The position numbers and the translations under genes were made by a program. Source: Nitrospirota bacterium (lineage in GTDB: Bacteria; Nitrospirota; Thermodesulfovibrionia; Thermodesulfovibrionales; JdFR-88). From it: a stretch of 31,209 nucleotides of DNA. The DNA lies in NCBI GenBank assembly GCA_021790695.1, contig JAJYGJ010000034.1, forward strand, positions 1 to 31,209, given 5' to 3'. Of the stretch, positions 1-9,690 are shown piece by piece. The notes under the pieces are model-generated. The model ran no database searches. It saw only the letters and a program-made list of their open reading frames with translations, and was not told the origin of the DNA. Positions within the stretch are counted from its first letter, which is position 1. Each line of letters begins with the position of its first letter.

Positions 1-4
1 GGCC

Positions 5-2383
5 ATGAAGGAGGCGGCGCAGCTGACCGACGAATTCATAAGCGTCGAACATCTCCTTTACGCCATAGCCGCCGAGGGCGGGCCGGGCGCCCAGGCCCTG
101 GCCAGGCAGAATGCCACCCCGGATGCCATACTCGACGCCATGCGCGGGATAAGGGGCGCGCAGAAGGTGACCGACCAGAACCCGGAGGAAAAATACCAGG
201 CCCTCGCCCGCTACAGCCGGGACCTGACGGAACTGGCCGCCAAAGGCAAGCTGGACCCCGTCATCGGCAGGGACGAAGAGATAAGACGTCTCATACAGGT
301 CCTTTCAAGGAGAACGAAAAACAACCCCGTCCTCATAGGCGACCCCGGCGTGGGCAAGACCGCCATAGTGGACGGCCTGGCGCAGCGCGTGGTGCAGGGC
401 GACGTGCCGGAGACCCTGAGGAACAAAAAGGTCGTGGCCCTGGACATGGGCGCGCTTATCGCGGGCGCCAAGTACCGGGGAGAATTCGAGGAGCGGTTAA
501 AGGCCGTGCTCAAGGAAATAGAGAAGGCGGAGGGCAGGGTGGTCCTCTTCATAGACGAGATGCACACCATTGTGGGGGCCGGCGCCGCGGAGGGCGCATT
601 GGACGCTTCCAACATGCTCAAGCCGGCCCTGGCCAGGGGAGACCTGCGATGCATCGGGGCCACCACCGTAAACGAATACCGCAAGCACATAGAGAAAGAC
701 CCCGCCCTGGAGAGGCGCTTCCAGCCGATACTCGTCAAGGAACCCGCAGTCGAAGACACGGTCTCCATCCTCCGCGGCCTGAAGGAGCGCTATGAAGTGC
801 ACCACGGCGTGAAGATAAAGGACTCCGCCCTCGTGGCGGCCGCCGCCCTTTCCGACCGCTACATCACGGACAGGTTCCTGCCGGACAAGGCGATAGACCT
901 GATTGATGAGGCCGCCTCGAAGCTGCGGATGGAGATTGACAGCATGCCCGTGGAGCTTGACGAGACGGAGAGGAAGATCAGACAGCTCGAAATCGAAAAA
1001 CAGGGTATGCTCAAGGACGGCTCGCGGGAGGCGAAGGTCCGGCTGGAGGGCATCGGCCGGGAGATCGCGGAGCTTGCCGAACAGAGAAGCAGGCTCCGCT
1101 CCCAGTGGATGAGCGAAAAGGAGATAATCGCGAGGCTAAGGCAGATAAAGGAGCAGATGGAGGACAAGCGGCTCGAGGCCGAACGCGCGGAGCGCGAGGG
1201 GGACCTGGGGAAGGCCGCGGAGCTTAAATACGGAGCGCTGCCTTCGCTCCAGAAACAACTGGATTCCGAGACAAGGAAACTCGCCAAGGCCCAGGTCAAG
1301 AGAAAGATGTTAAAGGAAGTGGTGGACGAGGAGGACGTGGCGCAGATCGTCTCCAAGTGGACCGGCATACCGGTCACGAGGATGCTTGAGACCGAGGTCC
1401 AGAAGCTCCTTAAAATGGAGGAGCGCCTGAGAATGAGGGTGGTCGGGCAGGAGGAGGCGATCGCCGCCGTCTCCAATTCCGTGAGAAGGGCGAGGGCCGG
1501 CGTGCAGGACCCCAACCGGCCGATCGGCTCCTTCATATTCCTGGGCCCGACGGGCGTGGGCAAGACCGAGCTTGCAAAGGCGCTTGCCGAATTCCTGTTC
1601 GACGACGAGGGCGCCATGGTGCGCATAGACATGTCCGAATACCAGGAGAGACACACCGTCTCCCGCCTGATAGGCGCGCCCCCCGGCTACGTGGGCTACG
1701 AGGAGGGCGGCCAGCTTACCGAGGCGGTGCGCCGGAAGCCCTATTCCGTCATTCTCTTTGACGAGATAGAAAAGGCCCACCCCGAGGTCTTCAACCTCCT
1801 CCTGCAGGTACTGGACGACGGCCGCCTGACGGACGGACACGGCCGCATGGTGGATTTCAGGAACGCGGTGATAATACTCACCTCGAACATCGGCAGCGCG
1901 CACATCCAGGAACTGCTCGAGGGGCGAAAGAGGAGGCCGCGAGTCTACTGGGGCCCGCCCGGCGAAAATGAAGAAGAACTGAAAAACAAGATAATGCAGG
2001 ACCTGAAAACGAACTTCAAGCCGGAGTTCTTAAACAGGATCGACGAGATAATCATCTTCAACCCCCTCACGTCCGGGCTCCTGGCGGAAATCGTGGAGAT
2101 ACAGACGAACAGGATGAAACGCTACCTGCTCGAAAAAGGCATCGACATCGCGCTTTCGGCGCGGGCGAAAGAGAGGCTGGCGGAACTGGGGTTCGATCCG
2201 GTCTACGGCGCGCGTCCCCTGAAGCGCGTCATACAGCGGGAGGTCTTAAACCCGCTCGCGATGAAGCTGCTGGAAGGGGCCTTCCAGGAAGGCGACGTCG
2301 TGGAAGTGGACGTGGACAAGACGGGCAAGATAGAGCTTCGCCGGGCGGCGGAAAAAGCCGCTGCCGCGCAGGCCGCAAGCTAG
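5..2383 (+). CDS. clpB: ATP-dependent chaperone ClpB (5'-truncated by window edge)
   Basis: Two AAA+ modules (GDPGVGKT / LFIDE; GPTGVGKT / LFDEIEKAH), coiled-coil middle domain ([12 protein letters not shown]), C-terminal [13 protein letters not shown]. The frame is open to the window start, so the listed Met is probably internal. Confidence 0.97.
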   Translation: MKEAAQLTDEFISVEHLLYAIAAEGGPGAQALARQNATPDAILDAMRGIRGAQKVTDQNPEEKYQALARYSRDLTELAAKGKLDPVIGRDEEIRRLIQVLSRRTKNNPVLIGDPGVGKTAIVDGLAQRVVQGDVPETLRNKKVVALDMGALIAGAKYRGEFEERLKAVLKEIEKAEGRVVLFIDEMHTIVGAGAAEGALDASNMLKPALARGDLRCIGATTVNEYRKHIEKDPALERRFQPILVKEPAVEDTVSILRGLKERYEVHHGVKIKDSALVAAAALSDRYITDRFLPDKAIDLIDEAASKLRMEIDSMPVELDETERKIRQLEIEKQGMLKDGSREAKVRLEGIGREIAELAEQRSRLRSQWMSEKEIIARLRQIKEQMEDKRLEAERAEREGDLGKAAELKYGALPSLQKQLDSETRKLAKAQVKRKMLKEVVDEEDVAQIVSKWTGIPVTRMLETEVQKLLKMEERLRMRVVGQEEAIAAVSNSVRRARAGVQDPNRPIGSFIFLGPTGVGKTELAKALAEFLFDDEGAMVRIDMSEYQERHTVSRLIGAPPGYVGYEEGGQLTEAVRRKPYSVILFDEIEKAHPEVFNLLLQVLDDGRLTDGHGRMVDFRNAVIILTSNIGSAHIQELLEGRKRRPRVYWGPPGENEEELKNKIMQDLKTNFKPEFLNRIDEIIIFNPLTSGLLAEIVEIQTNRMKRYLLEKGIDIALSARAKERLAELGFDPVYGARPLKRVIQREVLNPLAMKLLEGAFQEGDVVEVDVDKTGKIELRRAAEKAAAAQAAS

Positions 2384-2396
2384 GCAGATACAGGAC

Positions 2397-2426
2397 AAAA
2401 GCCCCTCCGGAGGGAGGGGCTTTTTT
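2397..2426. terminator. Bidirectional intrinsic terminator
   Basis: aaaa-gcccctcc-ggag-ggaggggc-tttttt between convergent clpB and 2440..3342. Confidence 0.85.
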
Positions 2427-2439
2427 GGGAGACCGGCCT

Positions 2440-3342
2440 CTAGAAATTGACCCCCACCCCTATCCTGGCCCCATAGATATTGGTCGTGCTGTCAGGCTCG
2501 TAGTAGGGGCTGCCCGCCACCGTGACACCATTTTTGGTCACGTTCACCAGGTCGCTGGCCCCGATCGCCCAGTGCTGATAATAAGGGGTCAGAAAGACAA
2601 AGACCCTGTCCGCATTCACATACCTTTCATAGATATCATAAGTAATGGGCAGTTGCACAACGACCGCCGGGTTTGATCTCAGCTTGAAGTTGGTCTCGTC
2701 CCAGTTTCCCGCCTCGTTTGTTGTCATTCTCATGTTAAACGGTATATCGACCGCGACGTCAGCGCCCGCCGTCCATCTTTCGATCCTACAGACGTAATTA
2801 AGGCCTATGGCGGCGAAATACCAGGAATATTTTTCGATATAATCCGGTGAGACGTCCTCTCCCCTCCACCAGACCCTGCGGCCGATCCCCACGTAAGGCG
2901 CAAGGGTGCCGGCCTCGACGTTAAGGAGCTTGAATCCGAGGTCTCCTTCATAGAGATCGAACCGTTCAGGGGTGGAAAACTTGGCGGGCGTGCACAATCC
3001 GCCGTCGCCGCAGACTGCGCCGTCGTATGTCGCGCCATGCGACCAGGAATAATCCGCGGTGAGCCTGGTCCATAAAATCCCGCTTTCGAACCTGGCCTCA
3101 ATGTCGAGCCCGTTCAGGTAGCCGTAATCCCGGTCCAGGATATCGCCGGCCGTATCCTTTTCCTCGTAATAGAGATAACTGCCGTCATAGGCCCCCATTA
3201 TGGTAAAACCCCGGCCGCCCGCCCCCGGGTCCGCCACCGGATTCCCGGGGCCCGGTGAGAACGCATATGCCAAACCCCCGCCCCTTAAAAACAGGATAAA
3301 AAACAGGGCCGCCGCAACTGCCATTACCCGCATTACTCTCAT
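2440..3342 (-). CDS. Putative outer-membrane beta-barrel protein of unknown function
   Basis: N-terminal signal-peptide-like segment, aromatic-rich alternating strands, C-terminal Phe (GARIGVGVNF). ATG 3342 is preferred because GGAG precedes it; the ORF track extends to 3381. Confidence 0.7.
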   Translation of the reverse strand: MRVMRVMAVAAALFFILFLRGGGLAYAFSPGPGNPVADPGAGGRGFTIMGAYDGSYLYYEEKDTAGDILDRDYGYLNGLDIEARFESGILWTRLTADYSWSHGATYDGAVCGDGGLCTPAKFSTPERFDLYEGDLGFKLLNVEAGTLAPYVGIGRRVWWRGEDVSPDYIEKYSWYFAAIGLNYVCRIERWTAGADVAVDIPFNMRMTTNEAGNWDETNFKLRSNPAVVVQLPITYDIYERYVNADRVFVFLTPYYQHWAIGASDLVNVTKNGVTVAGSPYYEPDSTTNIYGARIGVGVNF

Positions 3343-3627
3343 CAGGATTTCTCCCCCTGTACGTTTTCCCGGCTCCAACAATTTCGCAAGGGTTTTTCAC
3401 TCCCTGTCGGTCTTCCGGGTATTCGAAAATATTCCCCGCCGTTTAAGGCCGCGGAGGTGCGCCCGCCGTCCATTTGAGCTTAAGCGACAGCCTCTAAAAT
3501 CTTAAGCAACGACTCTTGAATTGTCAAAGCATTTCGGTTAAGCTTCATGTGTGGTATAGCGTGTGTGCGGACATCAGGCCGGCGGGGAAACACTCGTATC
3601 AACCGCAGTCCTCAAAAGGAGGGTTTT

Positions 3628-3888
3628 ATGAAGATCGACGTAAATGAATACCGCCAAAAGTACCTGAAGCAAGTGGAGGAGCGAATCATGGCGAAAAAAG
3701 ACACAATCCCCAACTTCACCACGCAGGGCCTTCATGCGGCCATCATGACGGAATTGAACCAGGCCGACGATGAGACGTGGCTTGTCGAGGTCCCGGACGA
3801 CAAGGAAAAGGCCCTGAAACAAGCCGAAGACCGCATCCTGCACTCGATGGAAGAAAACATCGACCTGGGAGTGGGAAACACCTGGTAG
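3628..3888 (+). CDS. Hypothetical 86-aa acidic protein
   Basis: Strong RBS AAGGAGG before ATG 3628 and protein-like composition (MKIDVNEYRQKYL...). No family recognised. Confidence 0.65.
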   Translation: MKIDVNEYRQKYLKQVEERIMAKKDTIPNFTTQGLHAAIMTELNQADDETWLVEVPDDKEKALKQAEDRILHSMEENIDLGVGNTW

Positions 3889-3960
3889 GAAGACCGGTCT
3901 TTTAAACAAACATTTTTCATCATCCGGACTGATCGAAAGGGCATCAGACTGGAAAAAGGG

Positions 3961-4006
3961 CCGGGTGATGGCGGCCAGCCGCCAGCGGCCATCCGCCATC
4001 GCCCGG
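3961..4006. terminator. GC-rich stem-loop between convergent genes (probable terminator or stabiliser)
   Basis: ccgggtgatggcgg ... ccgccatcgcccgg, a 14-bp stem with one G-T pair and no strong U-tract. Confidence 0.45.
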
Positions 4007-4007
4007 T

Positions 4008-4044
4008 CGTGTCATCAAAAAACCACGTGTCATCAAAAAACCAC
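4008..4044. repeat. Perfect 18-bp tandem duplication just downstream of rplS
   Basis: cgtgtcatcaaaaaacca x2. Confidence 0.9.
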
Positions 4045-4045
4045 A

Positions 4046-4396
4046 TTATTTTCTCACCAGCTTATTTTCCTTCAGTTTGGCCGCTTTGCCTTTTTTCTCC
4101 CTGATGAAATAGAGCTTTGCCCGCCTGACATCCCCCTGCCTGACCACCTTGATCTCCTGGATGAAATTGGAATGCAGCGGGAATATCCTTTCCACTCCGA
4201 CCCCGAAGGATATCTTCCTTACCATGAAGGTCTCTCTGATGCTTCCGCCCTTCCTGGCTATGACGATGCCCTCGAAAGGCTGTATCCTCTCCTTGTCCCC
4301 CTCTATGACCTTCATGTAGACGCGGACGGTATCGCCGACGTTAAAAGGGGGGACTTCCCGCTTATACCCCTCTTCCACGCTATTTACCGGGTTCAT
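4046..4396 (-). CDS. rplS: 50S ribosomal protein L19
   Basis: [37 protein letters not shown] motifs; canonical position after trmD. Confidence 0.97.
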   Translation of the reverse strand: MNPVNSVEEGYKREVPPFNVGDTVRVYMKVIEGDKERIQPFEGIVIARKGGSIRETFMVRKISFGVGVERIFPLHSNFIQEIKVVRQGDVRRAKLYFIREKKGKAAKLKENKLVRK

Positions 4397-5138
4397 AATC
4401 TTCCTCCTTTATCTTGCCAATAAGTTCCTGGTCTTTCGGGGTAAGCCCCGCCATCCGGAGAAGTTCCGGTCTCTTCCTGAGGGTGCGCCTCAGGGCCTCC
4501 TTTCTGCGCCACAGGGCGATCTGCCCGTGATTGCCAGACAGCAGGACCTCCGGCACTCTCATCCCGTTCCATTCGGGCGGCCTCGTGTAATGGGGATAGT
4601 CAAGGATACCCCAGGAAAAAGACTCCTCCTTAAGCGAGTCTTCATCTCCAAGCGCCCCCGGCAGAAGCCTCACGACGGCGTCTATTATAACCAAAGCCGG
4701 CAGCTCTCCGCCAGTCAGGACATAATCCCCCGTCGATATCTCCTCGTCCACCAGGCTTGCCCTGACCCTCTCATCAATCCCTTCATACCTGCCGCAGATG
4801 AACAAAAGCCGCCTTTTTCCCTTTTCACCCGAAAGTTCATCGGCCATCCGCTGCGTAAAGGGTTTGCCCTGCGGGCTAAGAAGTATGGTCAGCGTGGGCA
4901 GCCCGTCTCTTTTTGCATATTTTACGGCCTCATACACGGGCTCGGGCTTTATCACCATCCCCGGTCCCCCGCCGTATGGATAATCGTCCACGATCCTGTG
5001 CCGGCCCGCGGCGAAATCCCTCAAATGAAGCACCTCGAAGCCGACCAGCGATTTCTCCGCCGCCCGCCTCATGATGCCCGCCCCCATATACGCCTGGAAT
5101 ATCTCGGGGAAGAGGCTTATGACGGCCAGCCGCATCAT
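4380..5138 (-). CDS. trmD: tRNA (guanine-N1)-methyltransferase
   Basis: [56 protein letters not shown]. Confidence 0.97.
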   Translation of the reverse strand: MMRLAVISLFPEIFQAYMGAGIMRRAAEKSLVGFEVLHLRDFAAGRHRIVDDYPYGGGPGMVIKPEPVYEAVKYAKRDGLPTLTILLSPQGKPFTQRMADELSGEKGKRRLLFICGRYEGIDERVRASLVDEEISTGDYVLTGGELPALVIIDAVVRLLPGALGDEDSLKEESFSWGILDYPHYTRPPEWNGMRVPEVLLSGNHGQIALWRRKEALRRTLRKRPELLRMAGLTPKDQELIGKIKEEDYEPGK

Positions 5139-5379
5139 TTCAGGGCAACCAGTTGCAAGTCAGCCAACTGATTGCAAACGATCCGGTTTCAAGCAACCTG
5201 TTCAGGGGAAGATAATTGTCCGGAAAGATGATCATTGCCGCGGTCCTTTGCCTGCAGCCTGCCCGGTCTCCGAAGGCGGGATGACCGGCAGCCTGACGAA
5301 TAAAAAAGGGGGCCTCAAGCCTTTGCCCCCAAAACCGTTTTCTCTTTTTTGTCCCTTCAGGAATTCCTGAGAAAAAAGC

Positions 5380-5610
5380 CTACTCGAGGATTTCGAGAAC
5401 GCAACGCTTGCCCATCTTGGTCCCCGCGGCGCTCAGTATCGTCCTCATGGCCCGCGCCGTCTTGCCCTGTTTGCCTATTACCTTGCCCAGGTCGGCCACA
5501 TCCACTCTCAACTCGAAAACCGTGGTCTTTTCCCCCTGGACTTCGGTGACGGCAACACTGTCCGGCTTGTCCACCAAGGCCTTCGCCATCGTCTCAATCA
5601 GGCTTTTCAT
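5380..5610 (-). CDS. khpA: KH-domain RNA-binding protein (KhpA/YlqC family)
   Basis: [20 protein letters not shown] GxxG KH motif; lies directly after rpsP. Start 5610 chosen; the ORF extends to TTG 5625. Confidence 0.92.
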   Translation of the reverse strand: MKSLIETMAKALVDKPDSVAVTEVQGEKTTVFELRVDVADLGKVIGKQGKTARAMRTILSAAGTKMGKRCVLEILE

Positions 5611-5634
5611 CTTTCCCACCCCCAAGGAAGATTA

Positions 5635-5880
5635 TCAGGCCGAAAGCACGCCCGCCTTGACTAACAATTTTCTGACGGTGTCTGTAGGTTGCGCCCCCTG
5701 TTTGATCCACTTCGCGGCTTTTTCCCCGTCGACCTTGAATTCGAAGGGGTTTTTTTTCGGATCGTAAGTGCCAAGTATCTCCACGAAAGGACCATCGCGG
5801 CGCGCCCTTGAATCGGCCACAACCACCCTGTAAAAGGGGCTCTTGTGGGCGCCAGTCCTCATAAGCCTTATCTTTACCAA
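5635..5880 (-). CDS. rpsP: 30S ribosomal protein S16
   Basis: [34 protein letters not shown]; TTG start with GGAGG RBS. Confidence 0.97.
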   Translation of the reverse strand: MVKIRLMRTGAHKSPFYRVVVADSRARRDGPFVEILGTYDPKKNPFEFKVDGEKAAKWIKQGAQPTDTVRKLLVKAGVLSA

Positions 5881-5932
5881 GCTGAAACCTCCGCATTAAG
5901 AATCTTCCGCACCAAGAATCTAAAGCATAGTA

Positions 5933-5961
5933 ATATTAAAACATTTTTCCGCCAATGTAAA
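5933..5961 (-). promoter_or_regulatory. Probable sigma70 promoter of the rpsP operon
   Basis: Minus strand TTTACA-17 nt-TAATAT. Confidence 0.55.
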
Positions 5962-5994
5962 GACGATTTTTTTATTAAATCCGGGCGATTGCAA

Positions 5995-6022
5995 TTGACA
6001 TAAAAAAACCCTGCGGTAGCAT
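5995..6022 (+). promoter_or_regulatory. Probable sigma70 promoter of the PfpI gene
   Basis: TTGACA-16 nt-TAGCAT, followed by AAGGAGG RBS at about 6056. Confidence 0.55.
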
Positions 6023-6067
6023 GTAATTGAGAGCATTTCCGGTCCATCGCGAATAAGGAGGCGCAAG

Positions 6068-6577
6068 ATGAAGATTTTGATATTGAGCGCGGACGGCTTC
6101 GAGGACCTCGAACTCTTCGTGCCGTACTACCGCTTCATGGAAGAAGGCTTCGACGTCAGCATCGCATCCGGGAAAAAAGAGAAGATAAAAGGCAGGCACG
6201 GTTACGAGATAGCGGCCACGATGACGTTCGACGAGGTAAACCCCGAGGAATATGACATGCTGTTTCTGCCCGGCGGCAAGGCCCCGTCCAAGGTGAGAAA
6301 GGAAGAGGCCGCCCTCCGGATAGCACGCCACTTCATGGACAAGGGGAAGCCCGTCGCCACCATATGCCACGGGCCGCAGATACTCATAAGCGCCGGGGTA
6401 GTCAAGGACAGGCGAATGACGTGCTGGCACGAGGTATCAAAGGAACTGAGGGAGGCGGGGGCGGTTTACGAAGACCGGCAGGTCGTCGTGGACGGAAACC
6501 TGGTCACCTCACGCATGCCGGACGACCTGCCTTACTTCCTTCGAGAGGTGATGAAAAAGACCAGGGTGCCCGCATAA
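6068..6577 (+). CDS. DJ-1/PfpI family protein (type 1 glutamine amidotransferase-like; deglycase/protease)
   Basis: ADGFEDLEL, LFLPGG, ATICHGPQILISA nucleophile elbow, VVDGNLVTSRMPDDL. Confidence 0.93.
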   Translation: MKILILSADGFEDLELFVPYYRFMEEGFDVSIASGKKEKIKGRHGYEIAATMTFDEVNPEEYDMLFLPGGKAPSKVRKEEAALRIARHFMDKGKPVATICHGPQILISAGVVKDRRMTCWHEVSKELREAGAVYEDRQVVVDGNLVTSRMPDDLPYFLREVMKKTRVPA

Positions 6578-6610
6578 AAAATCAAAAACCCATCCGTCCC
6601 GATTCATTCC

Positions 6611-6642
6611 AAAAAAAGGGGGGGGATTGCCGCCCCCCTTTT
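6611..6642. terminator. Bidirectional intrinsic terminator
   Basis: A7-gggggg...cccccc-tttt between convergent genes. Confidence 0.7.
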
Positions 6643-7594
6643 AAATCTTCCGGAGAAGGTTGATGTTCGGCAACGCGTCCCCTTGCCCTTTTGTCTGCGC
6701 CTTCGGGGCCACGGTGGCCTTCGGGGCCACGGTGGCCTTCGGGGCGGGAGCGGTTTTTTTAGCGGGCTCCTGCAAAAAAGCCTTCTTCAGGTCGGCATTC
6801 TTCAGGGTATAAACCACCGCGACCACGGCAACGATGGCGCCGGCCGCGGCCAGGACCGACCAGCCTTTCCTCTGCCGGTCGGAGGGCTGTCTTACCGCGC
6901 CTTTCATGGACGCCAGGTCCTCGTAGACATAATAGGTATATGCCATCAGGAACGGCATGAAAAGCAGCGACAGGAGCGGACCCGCACCCGGCACATAACC
7001 AAGCAGGTAGGCCGGCGCCCAGACGGCGAACAACCTTGAGAAAACCGGCCACCAAAGTCCCCTTACATATTCCCTGCTTGAAAGAAGCGCATTCATGCCG
7101 GTTTGCCCCTCTCTGGCCAGGATGAAAAAGGAAAAAGCGAACCAGACCATCAGGACAATCCCGGGGACTACGAAAAGCGCCAGTCCCGCAACCGTCAAGG
7201 CCATGAAAAGCAGATAGAGCCAGGTGAATTTCCATAACATATGCGCGGCCTTCTGAAAAAGCGGCTTGGCGGGCAGCCCGGGCTCGGAAATGGCATAAAT
7301 GAAGGCCGCCTGTCCCCAGAAAGAAACCAGGAGGGCCATAATCACTCCCGCCGTTATCCAGGCAATCACCAGCGGGTTCACGGGGTGCGGAAACGTCTTC
7401 CAGACCGAGTAGCAGAGGACCGATATCAGCATGACGGGGGTAATATAGAAGATATAGATCAGGCTGAAAACATGGAATCTCTTCCTGTACAGCCGCCAAC
7501 TCCTGCCGGCCAGCTCACCGATGCCGGAAATCCCCCGGGATTTCCGTATCGGACCGCTCTCCGGGGATGCCTTCCCCTCTGACTTTCCTTCCAT
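6641..7594 (-). CDS. Integral membrane protein of unknown function with Ala/Pro/Lys-rich C-terminal tail
   Basis: About 7 hydrophobic segments and an 'ALLSSREYVRGLWWPVFSR' segment typical of uncharacterised membrane families. Confidence 0.8.
   Translation of the reverse strand: MEGKSEGKASPESGPIRKSRGISGIGELAGRSWRLYRKRFHVFSLIYIFYITPVMLISVLCYSVWKTFPHPVNPLVIAWITAGVIMALLVSFWGQAAFIYAISEPGLPAKPLFQKAAHMLWKFTWLYLLFMALTVAGLALFVVPGIVLMVWFAFSFFILAREGQTGMNALLSSREYVRGLWWPVFSRLFAVWAPAYLLGYVPGAGPLLSLLFMPFLMAYTYYVYEDLASMKGAVRQPSDRQRKGWSVLAAAGAIVAVVAVVYTLKNADLKKAFLQEPAKKTAPAPKATVAPKATVAPKAQTKGQGDALPNINLLRKI
6699..6745. repeat. 18-bp tandem repeat (about 2.6 copies) encoding APKATV
   Basis: gccttcggggccacggtg x2 plus gccttcggggc. 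Confidence 0.9.
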
Positions 7595-7771
7595 TGCCTT
7601 TCAGATTTCTTGACCGATTTCCGCTTTATTGAAGATAACTAATAATTTGCAGCCATGTCAAACGGGGGGTTCATGGGGGCTCAGCGTCAGATTTGCGGGG
7701 CAATGCCGGGCATCTGCCTGCCCTCTCGTCCGGTCTCGCGCCGGACCAGTCCGGTCCGGGCGTGCCCGGGG

Positions 7772-9037
7772 TTACGATGCGGCGTCGCTGCCTTTTTTCG
7801 CGGGCAATCCTTTTTTATGATCAGGGTGGAGGTAATGCCCCGCTATGACCTGCACGCGTTTGCGGAGCAGTTTGCGCTTCAGCGGTACGCGTTTTTTTAC
7901 AGGATGGCGGCGATAACGCCTCGCCATAAGCCTCCTGCGCCTGTGCCGTATACGGCGTTTTATATGGCTCTTGACGTGCGGGTTCGCAGCAAGCCTCTTG
8001 CTGAGCAGTTGCCGCTTCATCGGCATGCGTTTTTTCAAGCGAAGGCGGCGATAATGTCTCGCCATAAGCCTCCTGCGCCTGTAGCGCCGCCTGCTGCGGC
8101 TCCATATACGCCGCCTGGCCGGCTCATACGCGGTGAGCACGACCGGGCTTTTATATATTTCCGGAGGGGTAGTGCCGTTTGCGACCAGATAGCTTTTCTC
8201 GAGCAGCCTTTTGCCCTCAAGCCAAAGGTTGCCTCTCTCCCGCTCGCCCAGCAGCGAGGCCACCAGGGTGCAGTCGCCCCTGGAAGCGGCAAAGGCCAGG
8301 CAATTCTCCGCCGCCCTTGTATAGCCGGTTTTGCCGCCGATCAGGTTACCGTCCGACCATAGCAGCTCATCCGTGTTCCGCAGGAAAACATGCCTGCCGT
8401 CGACATCCATCTCTTTCTGCTTGGTGTGTATTATCTGCCTGATGAGGGGGTACCGGAGAGCGCCGTCGAGGATCAACGCCAGATCGCTGGCCGTTATATA
8501 TTGCCCCGGGGCCGGCAGCCCGGTCGCATTGACATATCTGGTTTGTATTGCGCCAAGCGATGCGGCCTTTTGATTCATCAGCACCGTAAAGGCGGACTCC
8601 GAACCCGAAACGGCCTCGGCAAGCGCGACGGCCGCCCCGTTTATACTGCGCATGAGCGCGAAATAAAGCAGATCATGCACGCTTATCATCTCGCCCGGCC
8701 TCAGGTGGGGCGCAATCGACGGCGTGTAAGCCGCCCGGCGGCTGACCCTTACCATAGCGTCGGGATAGAGCTTGTCAAGCGCCACCATCGCCGTAACGAG
8801 CTTTGTCGTGCTGGCGGGCTCCAGCCTTAAATTAGGGTTTTTTGCATAAAGCAGCTTGTGGGTCTGACCGTCCATGACGACGGCCGCCCTCGCCAAAACT
8901 CTCATCTGCGCCCGCGCGACCCCCGCGGCTGAAAAAAACAGGACTGAAAAAGAAGTGAAAAGCAAAAGAAGGAATAAAATTTCCCTTGAAAAACCCGCAC
9001 GGCCGCCGGAAGAGCCCTTACCCGTCAGTTGCAACAA
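7772..9037 (-). CDS. D-alanyl-D-alanine carboxypeptidase (peptidase S11) with Arg/Lys-rich C-terminal extension
   Basis: SxxK (ASTTK), SxN (RSING) and KTG (GGKTGYT) motifs; N-terminal TM/signal segment. Confidence 0.92.
   Translation of the reverse strand: MLQLTGKGSSGGRAGFSREILFLLLLFTSFSVLFFSAAGVARAQMRVLARAAVVMDGQTHKLLYAKNPNLRLEPASTTKLVTAMVALDKLYPDAMVRVSRRAAYTPSIAPHLRPGEMISVHDLLYFALMRSINGAAVALAEAVSGSESAFTVLMNQKAASLGAIQTRYVNATGLPAPGQYITASDLALILDGALRYPLIRQIIHTKQKEMDVDGRHVFLRNTDELLWSDGNLIGGKTGYTRAAENCLAFAASRGDCTLVASLLGERERGNLWLEGKRLLEKSYLVANGTTPPEIYKSPVVLTAYEPARRRIWSRSRRRYRRRRLMARHYRRLRLKKRMPMKRQLLSKRLAANPHVKSHIKRRIRHRRRRLMARRYRRHPVKKRVPLKRKLLRKRVQVIAGHYLHPDHKKGLPAKKGSDAAS
7865..8100. repeat. 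Diverged direct duplication (offset 138 bp = 46 codons) in the carboxypeptidase tail
   Basis: gagcagtt...ggcggcgataa...ctcgccataagcctcctgcgcctgt starts at 7865 and at 8003. Confidence 0.85.
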
Positions 9038-9154
9038 AACCCCTTTTCTGAAATTGCCAGTCCCTACAAACGGCTAACCAAGACGGCTCTATGCAGAAAT
9101 TTTATAGAAACCCGAAAAAAAAATAAAGTGAAAAGTAAACATTTCTAAAATTCC

Positions 9155-9669
9155 GGTAGTGGCACAGTTTGCTTTGTCAGGCTACGACGGCAAACGCCCC
9201 TCCCCCCCTCCCATGAATGGGGTATATCAGCTTGTTCCCAGAGCCCATTTACCTGCCCGCCTTATTCATTCGGGGTGGCCGTTCCGGGCGTAACCCAAAA
9301 GATCCATTTAAACGTTTGGAAGAGCGATCACCCCGTTTTTTCCAGACGCGCCGTCTCTCGTCCATCGGCCTTTCCCCTTATTCATAGAACAGGCAGGTAT
9401 GGGCTACCCCTCGCAACATCAAAATCAGCCGGGCGGATTCTTCCAGGCGATGGTGGGGCGTGTATCTGCCCGTCCCTTGAAGAAGGGAGCAAGGACGGAT
9501 ACGCAGCGCCGCATCCCGCCCAAACCTTTTGCGCTTCGCCCTGAAGACGTCTCAACTGATCCTCTTGGGATACGACCGGAACCGCAGCGACCGGCATGAA
9601 AGGGGCGGGCGGATACAAACGCCCCCGGAATAATATCTGCCCGTGGATTAACCGGACTGAGACACTACC
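9155..9669. mobile_element. Putative MITE-like element (no transposase) with imperfect terminal inverted repeats; alternative right end at 9702
   Basis: Left end GGTAGTGGCACAGTTTG. Right ends (reverse complement) GGTAGTGTCTCAGTCCG at 9669 and GGTAGTGTCTAAGTTTG at 9702. Flanks aaaattcc (9147-9154) and aaaattac (9670-9677) resemble an 8-bp target duplication. Interior is hairpin-rich. Confidence 0.5.
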
Positions 9670-9690
9670 AAAATTACGTTAGAGTCAAAC

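Noticed and set aside
4008-4044. Short direct repeats as possible CRISPR remnants (also 9660/9693)
   Set aside because: Only two copies, no unique spacers of regular length, and no cas genes.
7655-8362. 235-aa plus-strand ORF with internal repeats
   Set aside because: It is the antisense shadow of the carboxypeptidase tail duplication.
9160-9173. TGGCACAGTTTGCT resembling a sigma54 -24/-12 promoter
   Set aside because: GG and GC are separated by 8 nt, not the required 10, and the sequence is better explained as the left inverted repeat of the 9155 element.
9150-9200. GCAAAC-containing segment suggestive of a c-di-GMP-I riboswitch
   Set aside because: The remaining conserved elements (GNRA tetraloop stem, GACGCAAAGC, receptor) are not present on either strand.
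9493-9521. Minus-strand GGATGCGGCG...TATCCG resembling enterobacterial REP sequences
   Set aside because: The match is short, there is no RAYT gene or BIME arrangement, and it is likely coincidental. It is kept only as one of the element's hairpins.
9399-9599. 66-aa and other small ORFs in the 9038-9690 spacer
   Set aside because: No RBS, no recognisable motif, and they overlap the structured element.
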